Shown here one piece after another: positions 1-12,853 of a stretch of 64,000 nucleotides of DNA. The notes below the pieces were generated by a model, which was not told the origin of the DNA, made no database searches, and saw nothing but the letters and a program-made list of their open reading frames with translations. Position 1 is the stretch's first letter. Each line of letters starts with the position of its first letter. Source of the stretch: Octopus vulgaris (taxonomy: Eukaryota); the NCBI GenBank assembly GCA_951406725.2, contig OX597825.1, positions 17,484,001-17,548,000 on the forward strand, written 5' to 3'. The position numbers and the translations under genes were made by a program.

Positions 1-756
1 GTTATGTACAAAGTGGAAGCCTTCAGCTAGATATTATTTTGTTTGAAATATATTTCGTATATGATTCATTCTAGCGTCTCCCTAACGCTTATACACAGAC
101 CAAATTCATAGCAACAATATCAAAGAATATAACAAACTTATAGTGATTACCCAACTTATTTTAAAAAGGTTTGTTACTTTTTTTTAATCTTCCAAGTAAA
201 ATCTTACACAGACTAAGCTGTACAAAAAGACAACACAATGGATGTAGTATATTTTCATAACGTTATTCTTTACAAACACCTGTAAGTATAAAATATTACC
301 TATCATAATAATAATGAGAATACGTTATAAATATACATATAGAAACACATTCATATTATGCAGCCAATCAAATTACGTCAAAGCTTGTAAAATAATCCAG
401 TTAGACAAGTAGTAGTTATGTATTAAAGAAATATTGATTTTCAAAAATTACTTTAAACTAATTATGCAGGTTATTATTTACTGTTTAACAGGGAGAAGCG
501 TCTAAAATATTCCCCTGTTTAAAGACAAATTATTTCTATTCACTCTTTCACTTATCTACTCACCGCTTAGTGAATTGGTGAAACTTCCTTTCAGAATATT
601 CCAATGCTCGTTGTCGACATATTTACGTACTGAAGAAGATGTCCCAAAGAATTTCTGTGCCTGCTTCTGAACACTAATCGATGATATGCTCATTGACAAC
701 TAAGACAGTTGCATCAAGGTTAGAATGACAGCTTTGGAAAGAAGAATAAAAAACAA

Positions 757-1170
757 GGCGTCGAGCTGGTAGAAACGTTAGCACGCCGGGCAAAATGCTT
801 AGTGGTAATTCATCGGCCGTTACGTTTTGAGTTCAAATTCCGCCGAGGTCGACTTTACCTTTCATTCTTTCGGGGTCGATTAAATAAATACCAGTTGCGC
901 ACTGGAATCGATATAATCGACTTAATCCGTTTGTCTGTCTTTGTTTTCCTCTCTTTGTTTAGCCCCTTGTGGGTAGTAAAAAAATAGGTATTTCGTCTGC
1001 TGTTACGTTCTGGGTTCAAATTCCGCCGAGGTCGAATTTGCCTTTACTCATTTCAGGGTCGATTAAATAAGTACCAGTTGCGCACTGGAATCGATATAAT
1101 CGACTTAATCCGTTTGTCTGTCCTTGTTTTCCCCCTCTGTTTTTAACTCCTTGTGGGCAATAAAGAAATA
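757..1170 (+). mobile_element. tRNA-derived SINE, family A, dimeric form
   Basis: Head ggcgtcgagctggtagaaacgttagcac and B-box-like gagttcaaattcc. Core gtcgactttacctttcattctttcggggtcgattaaataa resembles the Meta/MESC SINE domain. A ~183-bp unit is duplicated (805-986, 987-1170). TSD agaagaataaaaaacaa at 740-756 and 1171-1188 (one extra A). Confidence 0.9.
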
Positions 1171-3706
1171 AGAAGAATAAAAAAACAATTGCGTCCCTAT
1201 AAGTGCGGTTTAGAGGTATTTTATTTTGTGGAGATATTTCTTTAAGAATTACATAAAAATAAATTGGACACAGTTGTACTATTATTATTACCTAAAAGAA
1301 TACGCTACATTTTAAAATGTGACATCCTCTTCACATCTCCATGGAAATTAGTAACTAAGTATATTTGATAAGAAAGTACTTATTGTACTGTACATGTAAT
1401 ATTTTTTGATTACATACATACATACAAACAGACACAACGCTTTACACTATACATTTTCGAAATTATATGTGAAACCGGTCAAGTGAATTCATATATTTTA
1501 AAATATAATCCAATTCTATTTACTTCTAATCTACTCTGTGTTCATTTTTATTTAGATTAATAACAATATTCATTCAATAAGATGTCCCTAAGAATTTCTG
1601 TGCCTGCTGAAGAACACTGATCGAAGATATGTTCATTGATAAACTAAGACAGTAGGCTCAAGAAAAAGTAGGGGAAAAATCTTACAGTCGTCGAGGACAA
1701 TATTGAAGTGGAACCACGAGTTCACGTCTTAATAATACAAGAGAAACTAAAACATAAGTGTTTCGTGAAAGCTACTGAATTATTAATCCCGCATTCGATT
1801 ATTAGTCCTGCACTCGAGGCATCAGTAGTTCGCAATAAAAATTAACATGATCAACCTTGTACTAGGAATACTGTGGAACATATTAAGGTAATTTATTTCT
1901 AAGCATTATTAAGTTTGTGTATTTCTTTTTCAAGATTCCTGACGGGAGACCGTGTGTTGAAACAAATAATTTTATATTTCGGTATGGTCCTTATTTTTGC
2001 CAAATAAACACACGCACTAAATATTCGCTATTCACTTCAGCATTATTATTGTACTTATTGTGTATCCTTTTTTTAAATCCTCTGCCACAAAATTTTTGAT
2101 CTCTTCGGTGACACTCCAACTTAAGCGTCTGCTCGCGGAAGAGGTCACATGATGGGTGACGAAAGAGTTACGAAAAAGGACACAAAAATGAGAACAATAA
2201 TAAAGCTTAAGTGAAGAACGGATATACAGTGCGTGTGTTTATTTCACCAAACAATGACCAACCCAAAATATAACAGTATCTCTAAACAGTCATTTCTCTT
2301 GAAAACTCTGCCTCTCTACCACTGCTTTACGTCTATTTACTGTACATTATACGGTAAGTTTATGTAAATACCTGCTAAGCTGGAAATATGTTTGTGAGTT
2401 ATATTGTCGTGATCTAGTAATCCAGGGATATGTGCATAAATTCCGAACGATAGAGAATTATATTCGGAATAATAGAAATAGGTGGGTTCATTCATTGTAA
2501 TGAAAAGAAATGATATAGACAGAGATTGAATTGGCATTTTGTTTCATTGCTCCCTTTGTAGTGAATTAATTCATAAGAAATTATATGCAATTGTTTGAAA
2601 TGCAAGTGAGAAAATTTAGGACACAGACATATAGATATATATTGTCTGTTGTTACTTATTGTTATTGTTTTGGTTCTATTTGTTCGCAAGACTTTCCTTA
2701 TTGGTGTTTAAGTAGTAACAACGACATGTTCAAATAATATATGAAACAAGATTTTAGGACAAAAGGAGAAAAGTGAAGTTAGAGTAAATGCAGAAGTGCA
2801 AGAACAACAATATTAACAAAGATCTATTTACAAATGTTTCGTTTTGGGATTTGGTTTGCAAGATTCTTTATATGAGTTCGTGTGTTGAGTCATATTCTGT
2901 TGTTTCTTGGGAGAGTTTTTTTTTTCATCATTATAATGTAACACGCTCACCGGTAAAATGTCCTTATCTTTAAAAGGTTGCAAGACGCAAAGAAAATATT
3001 AGGAAAATAAAAATAAGGAATAAGTGGTAATCTTACCGGTGAGTGTGTTACATTATAAGGCACAAAACGAAAATGACTCTCCCCAGACACAACAGTATTT
3101 GCAAATAATTCGACAGAAGGTCGTAGTGAAACGTATACTTTGAAGTTTTTTAAACAGGAATGGAGAATTATTTCTTCTGTGTTACACAATGCAAACAGGC
3201 TGAAGCTGTAAAGTATTTTAGAGAATAATTTTCATGTGGTATAACAATGTTTTATACTAAAATACATATTTGCTGCAATAAGCATGTTCTGTTTTTCAAA
3301 GTTAATCTAATCAGCAACATTCGGAAACATATAAAGATATATAAAAAGAATAAGAGAATATAAATAATTGTAAAGAAACACAGAGGATAGGATTTGTTGG
3401 AAATTTAGCGTTGATTATATATCCAAAATTCACCCGGACACTTTTGTTTTGGCTCAAAATTGCTTTATTTAATGAAGGTTCTACCGTATACCTATTATTT
3501 TCACTCAATTCTTCATTCTGTCAAGAAGGCTTTTTATAGTAAGATGGCATTCTTCGTTTGTCTAAGTAAGCTTATGTAAGTTCCACTGCAAGAACGTTAA
3601 CAAACCTCTATATATGCACTTCTCACTTTTCTCTGTTTGCTTTCCTTTCCTTTAAGCATATATGAAACATCACTATTATTAGTAGTATTATTACTGCCAT
3701 TGTCAA

Positions 3707-3812
<106 letters not shown>

Positions 3813-5289
3813 GTCGTTGTTGTTTTTGTTGTTTTTATTATTCTTTTTATTATTATCTGTCGATTTATTTAAATCACACTTCATTTTGCAAAAGTGAGAT
3901 TTATCTACACAGATAAGTATTATCATTATTCATTAGTAATCTTCGTTGCTGTTGGTTTTCTGTTAGTTTAGAAGTGCGAATCGTTCGTTGTGATTGATGA
4001 AGCACTTCCCACGGATCTGACATTTCACTATGGAAATCTAACAATAGTGTACTCTACGAGAGATTTTGCTACAGTATTCCATTATTCCTTATTTTCATCA
4101 CGTTTTCAGAAACCATCTATGTAAGACGTCACTGTGTAATTACAAAGAATCCACTTCGTTTGGTGTTCTGTTCATTTGTACTTTACTAGATCTGTTTTAA
4201 TTTAAACAAAAGAATTTCCTTTGATGACCACAACAGTTAATCATGTGTGATATGTATGGATTTTGAGAAGAAAGAATCTGGTAGTGAGGCATAACACCGG
4301 TATACATACATACATAAACATGCACACACACACACACACAAACACACAGATATATATATATATATATATATATATATCTTTATATACGAAGGAAAGTTAT
4401 TTTATTGCATAAGGGTTAAAATATAGAAAAAAGTTGAAAATGCAATAGGAACCTTCTAAATGATATATTTTTAAAGGTTTAACCAGTTTCAAAAGTTTTT
4501 CTGATTTTCAAAAGGTATGTGAGATGGGAAAATGTGGGGCTATGCACCAACTGCGTTTCTTCTGTGTAATGTTCGAAAATTTTCTTATCTTTCTGAAGCG
4601 AACATGACAGTTTAATATATGTTTAGGATGTTATTTGAATGGCAGAGAATGCTCATGTGATTAGAAATATGTTCCCGTTTTACACCTACATTCATGTTTT
4701 TCAATAATTATTTTCGGTTCCGAAAGTTAAGGCTGGCGCGGTTGAATGTGAATGTCTAGTGAAAGTCCTTAACAATGTGTCGAGTGGTAGAATAGACAGG
4801 AATTGGCTGTAGGTGGTTGTTAAATACTTTTAGATCTCACTTATTAGCAATAGTGTTTGTGTGAGTTATTGATGCTATTGAAGTCGTGCTTTGTATTTTT
4901 CAACAAGTACATTCATATTTGACTTGTGGTGTTGTTTCAATAAAGATTACGGTGGAAGAGTTGGAATATTTGGAACGTATTTGCCGTCAGGACTAAGCCA
5001 CTCTGGACTAAGAAAGAAGAAAAGCAATTCAAAAGATAAACTTGTCAATACCTACATTCACTGCATGTAGGTATTGAAAGTTCAAAATTTGAGGCTTTGT
5101 AAATTATGTACAATGGCTGAATGGGTATGGTTTGTATGCATTCCGTTGTCATGCGAGAAAAATTCACGATTGTGCAAAAAGTTATGGTGGTTGGCTGTGT
5201 AAATTCAAGTTGTCTCGTGTTAAAAGTGTTTCTATTTGAGTAGTGTTTCGTGAGCATACTTTTCTAAAAAGGCTTCCTGTTTTATTTAA

Positions 5290-5525
5290 AAAAATATTTT
5301 GTATGAATTGATTTTCATTTTTATTCCTCTATGATCCGTGATATCGACTGATCTACGTGGAAACAATTGGATTTTGGGTGACTTGCTTTTTGCACATATA
5401 TCTGTGTGCCCAGTCCGTGGGATCTGTCAGATATTGGGACCACCTATTTGCTGACGATGAATTGGCAGTCTTTTTCTGACAGTAAGTTTTGCTTGACCTT
5501 GGTGATACTCGTTACATCCTTGACA
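5290..5525 (-). pseudogene. Decayed GIY-YIG endonuclease of a Penelope-like retroelement
   Basis: Minus-strand translation CQGCNEYHQGQAKLTVRKRLPIHRQQIGGPNI*QIPRTGHTDICAKSKSPKIQLFP matches the PLE pattern CxxC-x-YIG-T...R...HRQQI...QIP..EH...C...FP; contains stops. Confidence 0.75.
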
Positions 5526-5544
5526 TATATTCTTTTACTGTTTT

Positions 5545-5885
5545 ATTTGTTTCAGTCAGCTTACTGCAGCCATACTGGAGCATTTCTATTATTCGAGCAA
5601 ATAGACCCCAGTAAGATTAGAAGATATTCTATCGGTCTTTTGCTGAACTTCTAAGTTACGGGACCGTAACAATACCCACAAGGGTTGTGAAGCGATGGTG
5701 GAGTGGACAAACACAGGTACACAGACATATACGTACATACATATATACGATGGATTCTTTCAGGTTCCGTCTACATAATCCACTAAGAACGCTTTGGTCG
5801 GCCTGAGACTATAGTAGGTGACACTTGCCCAAGGTTCCACACAGTGGAACTGAACCCAGAACCATGTCGTTGGTAAGTATGCCTA
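5545..5885 (-). mobile_element. tRNA-derived SINE, family B
   Basis: Reverse complement of family B motifs (acttgcccaagg, tccgtctac, ctaagttacggg, gcagccatactggagca). Confidence 0.85.
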
Positions 5886-5897
5886 AGTATTAATATG

Positions 5898-5934
<37 letters not shown>

Positions 5935-5939
<5 letters not shown>

Positions 5940-6235
5940 CTGTGTGGTAAGTAGCTTGCTTACCAAGTACATGGTTCAGACACACTGCTTGGGCAAGAAG
6001 TGTCTTCTGCTATAGCTTTAGGCCGACAGAAGCCCTGTGAGCGGATTTGGTAGATGGAAACTGAAAGAGGCCCATCGTATATATATATATACGTATATGT
6101 TTGCGTGTCTGTATTTGTCCCGCCACTATTGGTTGACAACAGATGCTGGTGTGTCTAAGTCCCAATAACTTAGCATCGGGGCTCTACTATGGCCGCAGTA
6201 AGACGACTGAAACAAATAAAAGATCAAAAGAGTAA
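5935..6235 (+). mobile_element. tRNA-derived SINE, family B
   Basis: gtgactgtgtggtaagtagcttgcttacc...ttgggcaag..tgtcttc...ggatttggtagatggaaactgaaagag, internal (TA/TG)n, 3' gactgaaacaaataaaaga. Confidence 0.88.
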
Positions 6236-6241
6236 AAGTGA

Positions 6242-6274
<33 letters not shown>

Positions 6275-6372
6275 GTGTGTGTGTGTGTGTGTGTGTGTAT
6301 AAAAAAAGGAAATGAAGAAAATGCTGACAAAATAATTTAAGTAAGGGAGAGTGTATTTAATTAGGTGAAAGT

Positions 6373-6412
6373 TCTTTTTACCGGTTGCGCATTTGTTATG
6401 CTTATCAAAAGA
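6373..6412 (-). ncRNA. Degenerate minimal hammerhead motif with U3-A8 core
   Basis: Minus strand: tctt TTGATAA gcat-aacaa-atgc GCAA CCGG TA aaaag. GAAA is mutated to GCAA and stem I is weak. Confidence 0.45.
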
Positions 6413-6777
6413 TTTTTTTAAAGAGAGATAGAGTTCCTTTCTGATAGATTTTTTTTCTCTTATCTGTATATATACTATACATATACTATATATGTATATA
6501 TACTAAAGACGTATTTTCCCATTATTTGAAATATAGGAAAGATATACAATGACCAATATTTATACCTTGTCTTGCGTAAAAACCGGTTTGATCAGAATAT
6601 ATCCACGGATTCATATTATATCATCTTGACGAACTATAACCACGGATCCTGCTATAAGAATGCTTGGAGTTCTCTACTGAACAATGTTGTTAACCTGCTT
6701 TGCCAACAGAGTGCTTATGGAGTGTTTGCCTGGATTGATAACGGCTCACCAATAATTCTGTTATATACATATATATG

Positions 6778-6848
<71 letters not shown>

Positions 6849-7295
6849 ATGTGTGTGTGTGTGTGCGTACATTCATAAATTTCAATCCAAATGTTCTTGC
6901 TCTTGTTATTAATATATTCATCCTACACTCTAGCGGCACCAGACTAATAATCTGCGCATAAAATTAATTGCTTTGGAAGAGTGGAATAATAAGCGGTAGC
7001 CGGAATAAAAGCAAAGGAGAATTTTTCTGAGCGTACTTGAATACGTTTCGGCTAAACAACTCAATGGTTTCACAGACACAGATGCACACACACACATACA
7101 TACATACACACACACATACACACAGACACACACGCACACACACACACACACATATACACACATAGAGACATAGTTATATACGTATACATAAACATATGTA
7201 TATCGATTAATGCATATTGCTGATCTTAATGTACCCCTTGTAGAGCATTGGAGAGCGGTCAAATATATATTCATATATATGTGAAAGTGTTTGTG

Positions 7296-7752
7296 TGTGG
7301 GGGAATGTGTGTGTTTGTTTGTGTGTGGGGGTATGTGTGTGCTTGTTTGTGTTTATATGTTCGTACTCATAAATGCATGTATCTGCGACAAGTACGAGTT
7401 TATATAAGCATGTGTTAACATAAGTGTTCCAAATTAATTGCCTTGGGTTCGTAGTAATTCTTCTTCCGGCGTCAGAACAATTACCCTCTGAACACAACGC
7501 TCATGACTCTAATCTAACCGCTCTCCGCTCTCCGCGCTCTCCGTTCTCCTCGCTCTCCGCTCTCTCCGCTCTCTCGCCTCTGTCCCTTCACCTTGCTATT
7601 TCTTGCTCTTTGTATTCCTCTTATCTGTTAATTGTTTTATGACCCGTAAACCTAGGAAATCTGACTAAAGCGCCGTATGTCCTCACTGTCTTCACTGGTA
7701 TTGAGATGAGAAGGCCAATCCACATACCACACGTTGGTATTTTCCCCCGACA
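7296..7752. mobile_element. Possible solo LTR or short-TIR element with internal (CGCTCTC)n repeat
   Basis: Termini tgtgggggaa ... ttcccccgaca (TG..CA, short inverted ends); heptamer tandem at ~7519-7578; no clear TSD. Confidence 0.35.
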
Positions 7753-7979
7753 GAAATATAACTATTTTATTTCACCAAAAGGAAACGTTCTTTATTGTTG
7801 GGGTTTTATTTCGTGAATGAAAGATGCATCTGAAACAGATGTAGAGAAACATTAATACATTTGTGTACATATTTTATGTAAATCCCATTCTTGAAAGTTT
7901 TCCTTTGTTGGATCTGTAATTGATATTGGATCCTGAAAGTGCCGACCGGTGTGCATGTGTATATAATTTCATGTACATG

Positions 7980-8132
7980 TAGTGGCTATGTGGTAAGAAA
8001 CTTGCTCGCCAACCATATGATTCCGAGTCCCACTTCATGGCACTTTGGGCAAGCGTCTTCTACAATAGCCTCGGGTCGACCAAAGCGTAGTGAGTGGATT
8101 TGGTAGAGAGAAACAGAAAAAAAAAACCGTTG

Positions 8133-8197
<65 letters not shown>

Positions 8198-8400
8198 TTC
8201 TGTGTCCGTGTTTGTTCTCCCACCATCGACGGGCAACCGACGCTGGTGGGTTTATGTCTCCACAACTTAGCGGTTTGGCAAAGGAGACCTATGGAATATG
8301 TACTTGGTTTACAAAGAGTAAGTGCTGGTGCGGATTTGTTCGACTATAGGGGTTGCTGTCCAACATGGCCGCAGTCAAATTAACTGAAACAAACAAAAGA
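7980..8400 (+). mobile_element. tRNA-derived SINE, family B
   Basis: Full family B motif order with internal (TG)n. Confidence 0.88.
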
Positions 8401-8427
8401 ATATATATGCACATGGTTTTAAGGTTC

Positions 8428-9157
8428 TATCTCACTTCCACTGTTATCAGCAGTGCTTGGAAGGAAGGTGTGTAGTGTGTACTAGTCATATTGGCTATGA
8501 CAGAGTAAGGTACCATGGTGATACTTACTCACAGGCATACACAATGTTGCAGAAAGTGTATGGAGAGGAGTGTATGAGCCGCATACAAATGTATGAGTGG
8601 TCCAGTCATGACCGAAAAAGAAGTCGATATTGACGAACCAGCAGAACTGAGAAAATCAACGCAAATGTAGGTGCATCTGTAAAAGGAAATTGTCGAAAAA
8701 TCTTCGAGTTATCAGAAGATGTTCAGATTAGTTACTGTTTAGTTCAGTCCATTATCATTGAAGATTTGTATATGAGACGCGTATCTGTGAAGTTTGTGCC
8801 AAAACTGTTTTCAGCTGACAAAAAACACACTCAGGCATCAGTTGCACAAGATTCCCTTTAGAACGATGAAAACCTTTTGAGAATTTTGTGTAGGCCTTTG
8901 AGAAGTTTCGCCAAGCTTTTGTGAAAATTTGATGCGTATTCTCTGCTTAACTTTCTCTGTCATTGTCAATGCTATGATCACACGCTACACATCTCCCTCC
9001 CAAGCACTACTGTAAACAGCAGAAACGAGCTAGGAAGTTAAAATTTAATGCGCATGCACATCATAGTACATGGTTAATATGTGCCAAGCGGCTTCATTCT
9101 CTGTGATTTAGCTTCGTTACTATAGCAATAGACCGGATACTTATTGATCACACCACG
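8428..9157 (+). mobile_element. Non-autonomous mariner derivative, 5' TIR truncated
   Basis: Homologous to 12853-13717; right TIR ends gcttcgttactatagcaatagaccggatacttattgatcacacc; relic of transposase N-terminus (KVYGEECMSRIQMYEW). Confidence 0.8.
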
Positions 9158-9650
9158 CATGTGCATAATTGTGGGCATGAACACATGTGTAAATACACGA
9201 ATATCTAATGTATGTATACAGTACACATACATATATTTATATGTGTGTCTATGTGTACGTCTGTGACTGCGCGTGTATGTTTGTGTGTGCATGTGCGCGT
9301 TTGTATGTGTATACGATGGAACAGTGTACAAAATTCCTTTCTTGCATCAGTTTACAATTGTTTCATCTGAATTCAATAACATGAACATTGCTAGATTATG
9401 CAATAGTATATGGAAATATTGATTCATGACGAATTATTTATATATGTTGAAATTGAATTGTTGTGAGTAACGCTTCTGACATTCTTCTTGCTTATACTTG
9501 TAAATGCCTTGCAGATATTTGTAGCTGTTCAGGCAATTCTTTGATGGGGACAGTAATGTGCGAATTACTGACCATTTGATAGGCTGACCACCTGGTTGGG
9601 ATTAATAAAGTGAACTCATACATACATACATACATACATACATACATACA

Positions 9651-9682
<32 letters not shown>

Positions 9683-9775
9683 AACATGTATTTATACGTT
9701 GCATCATGTCGAACGAATATATATGTATATTATATTACACATAAAAAGACACACACACACATTTACACACAAACA

Positions 9776-10178
9776 TGTGGTAAGTAGCTTGCTTACCAAC
9801 CACATGGTTTCGGGTTCATTCTCACTGCATGACACCTTGGGCAAGGGAAAACTGAAAGAGGCCCATCGTATATATGTATATATATAATACATACATATAT
9901 GTGTATATATATATATATATGTGTGTGTATATATATATGTGTGTGTATGTGTGTGTGTGTGTTTGTGTGCATGCATATGTTTGAGTGTCTGTGTTTGTCC
10001 CCCCAATATCACTTCATAACAGAAGGTGATGCGTTTACGTCCCCATAACTTAGCGGTTCGGCTTGGAATTCGATAGAATAAGTACTAGGCTTACAAGGAA
10101 TAAGTTCTGGGGTCGACTTGCTCGACTACAGGCGGTGCTTCAGCATGGCCACCGTCAAATAACTGAAACAAGTAAAAG
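9776..10178 (+). mobile_element. tRNA-derived SINE, family B
   Basis: tgtggtaagtagcttgcttaccaaccacatgg...caccttgggcaag (internal deletion)...cagcatggccaccgtcaaataactgaaacaagtaaaa. Confidence 0.88.
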
Positions 10179-10837
10179 TTCATATATATATCCAAACATC
10201 TATACATGCGAACACACTCATTTGCAACCATATATGCATGTCTGTGTGCATACATAAATATTAGTTTAGTCTATATAGTAGAATTTCATTAAATTTTTCA
10301 ATAAACTCTTGTAGTAGATAGATGCTTATAGAGTCTAATCACAATACATATATTAGTCTCGATATCATAACTTTTACTACGCATTTTGTTTGAATAACTG
10401 AGCTTTATACTGACTATGCTAATCAGCGACTTTACAAAGTGTCCCAGTATGTAATTATGCTCTAAATTTCATAACATATTCTCTAACACACACCTCTTCA
10501 TATATATAGACTAAATGTTATTTCCCCAGCCATCATTCCGGTTTTAAATAAACTAGTGAACCATGAAATATTCACAGAAAATAGAGACACAAAATTTAAT
10601 TTTCTTCAGTCGCTAAAAGAAATTTAGATTAAAAAAATAGCTATTTAAAATATTTTTAATACTATTTTTACTTTTTAGATTTGTTTATTCATTTTTCTAT
10701 TAGAGATTGATTATGAAGTTCAATATGTTTCTCTTTAATATGAGTACATAAATACATATATACATAAATATACATATATACATATATTTACCCACGCCTA
10801 CACATATATATGTACATACATACAAACGTATATGCGC

Positions 10838-10872
<35 letters not shown>

Positions 10873-10918
10873 CACATATAAATATATATGTATATATATA
10901 TATATATATATATGTGTG

Positions 10919-10966
<48 letters not shown>

Positions 10967-11554
10967 CATATATATATTTATATACATATGTATATAATGT
11001 ATATATATACATACATACGCACACTGACACACACGGACATACACGCACATATACATATATACATATTTGTGTGTGTATGTTTATGTATCTACGTGCGAAT
11101 GTATATATATACACATATGTATACAGCATCTAAATTTTACTTGCAAGTAGCGCTTGTTTTTATGTCACCTCAAACTCTGTACGGAAAATTTGAATTTCAA
11201 ATATATTGGAATATTCCACACGCTTGATATCTTTATTATATTCTTTTTTTTTTTTCATTTTATATTAGAAAAATATAATATTCTTTTATTCTGGAAACAT
11301 AGCAAACACGTGTATATTTTATGAAAATTCTGGAAAACATTGCAGAGTAAATATTTGCTCCAAGAGTAAAAATTGTTAGCATTAATTGCGTACATCATAT
11401 TATCAGTAATATCGGTAAATATTGTTTTTTTTTAAAAATACGGGACATTGCGTAAGAGGTTATGAGATAGATGACTGGTTCATATATCGCAAGTAATCGT
11501 AGTGTATTTTATATATAACCCAATATTGTAGTTTACCACTGCAGTACGGGTTCA

Positions 11555-11981
11555 GAATCTTTTCGGTTTGAACGGCAGTTTTTAAAATAATTTCCACGTA
11601 ACTAAACACTTTTAAACTTCATATACTGGTAGATTGTGTTTATAAAACATCTTTTTCTCTTGGCTTTATTGAGAAAATTGTATAGTTTGTAAGATATTTG
11701 TTGTTATTTTTCTTCAATTTTTGCAATTTCAACCAATCAATGATGACTATTAAGGTGAAAACATTCTGTGCCGTATGAATATGTCCCTCGTTTAAGAAAT
11801 GGATTGGGTTTATTTACATTTCTGAAGAAAAAAGATACCCTTCCCCCCCACCCCTAACCCTAACTAACCCTAACTCTTAAACAGATTGAAATGCAATATA
11901 TCGATACTAGGGTCATAATTATGGGTGACAATTTCATATGACACCGCTAGAAAAAAACTGCCGTTCAAACCGAAAAGATCC
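11555..11981. mobile_element. MITE with ~29-bp TIRs and 8-bp TSD
   Basis: TIRs gaatcttttcggtttgaacggcagttttt / aaaaactgccgttcaaaccgaaaagatcc; flanks cgggttca (11547-11554) and cgggttcg (11982-11989). Confidence 0.88.
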
Positions 11982-12776
11982 CGGGTTCGAATTATGTATA
12001 CAGAACGCAATTCGTTCAAAGACAAGTAGGAATTAAAAAGATTTTTATTAGATTATAGGAAATCGTTCTTCTTCGAGCTTAACTTTTTATTCTTTACACA
12101 TATTGAAAACTACTAACGTTTGAATATTCCATAATTGTATTTTAAGATAATTATTTCCACTCGTTTATACATAAATAGATTCTTTCGTTCATTGCTGCAG
12201 ACCGTTCATCCATTATGAGATACATGAATATATTTTAAATAATTGCTTCTGTTGGTATTCCGTTAAGGTTATTGTTTTAGTAATGGTGTCAAAAAATTGT
12301 CTAGATCTGAGACAAAGAGGCAACTAAAAATTTTCGAAATTTATTTAAATCTACAACTCTTTAGAATTGTCTTTCATTGATCAACACGGTTTAACGACGT
12401 ATTGGACAATATTACGAATGCTGTGAGCGTTATAGCCGTCGAAGCAGAGTGCGGTGAAGACATTTGCATCCCAGTCAAATGGTCCCGGGCTGGGTTCCAC
12501 TATTTGGAATACTGGACAAAGGTCGTATAAAATATGCATCGTATAAAATATGTTTTTAGATTTATTTATGTGTGTATTTCTTGTCCGGTGGGAATTAACA
12601 ACCGGATGTGGTGGTTAATTTGCATCCCCATAACATGTGATATTACAAACGATAGAGCTAGTACCAGCCTTTGAAAACATAAGTATTGTGGTTGCTTTGT
12701 ATCGAATAACCTTTCAAAGGGATCCACCAAAGTTTGCGTGGTCCAAAGATACAATGAAGTGAAGTTCAAAAGGTGA

Positions 12777-12852
<76 letters not shown>

Positions 12853-12853
<1 letters not shown>

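Noticed and set aside
805-1170. Repeated units as a possible CRISPR-like array
   Set aside because: Only two long units with no spacers; it is a SINE-internal duplication in eukaryotic DNA.
10700-11227. Many overlapping YI/CV/HT-rich ORFs here and throughout the window
   Set aside because: Dinucleotide repeats lack stop codons, so these are artefacts.
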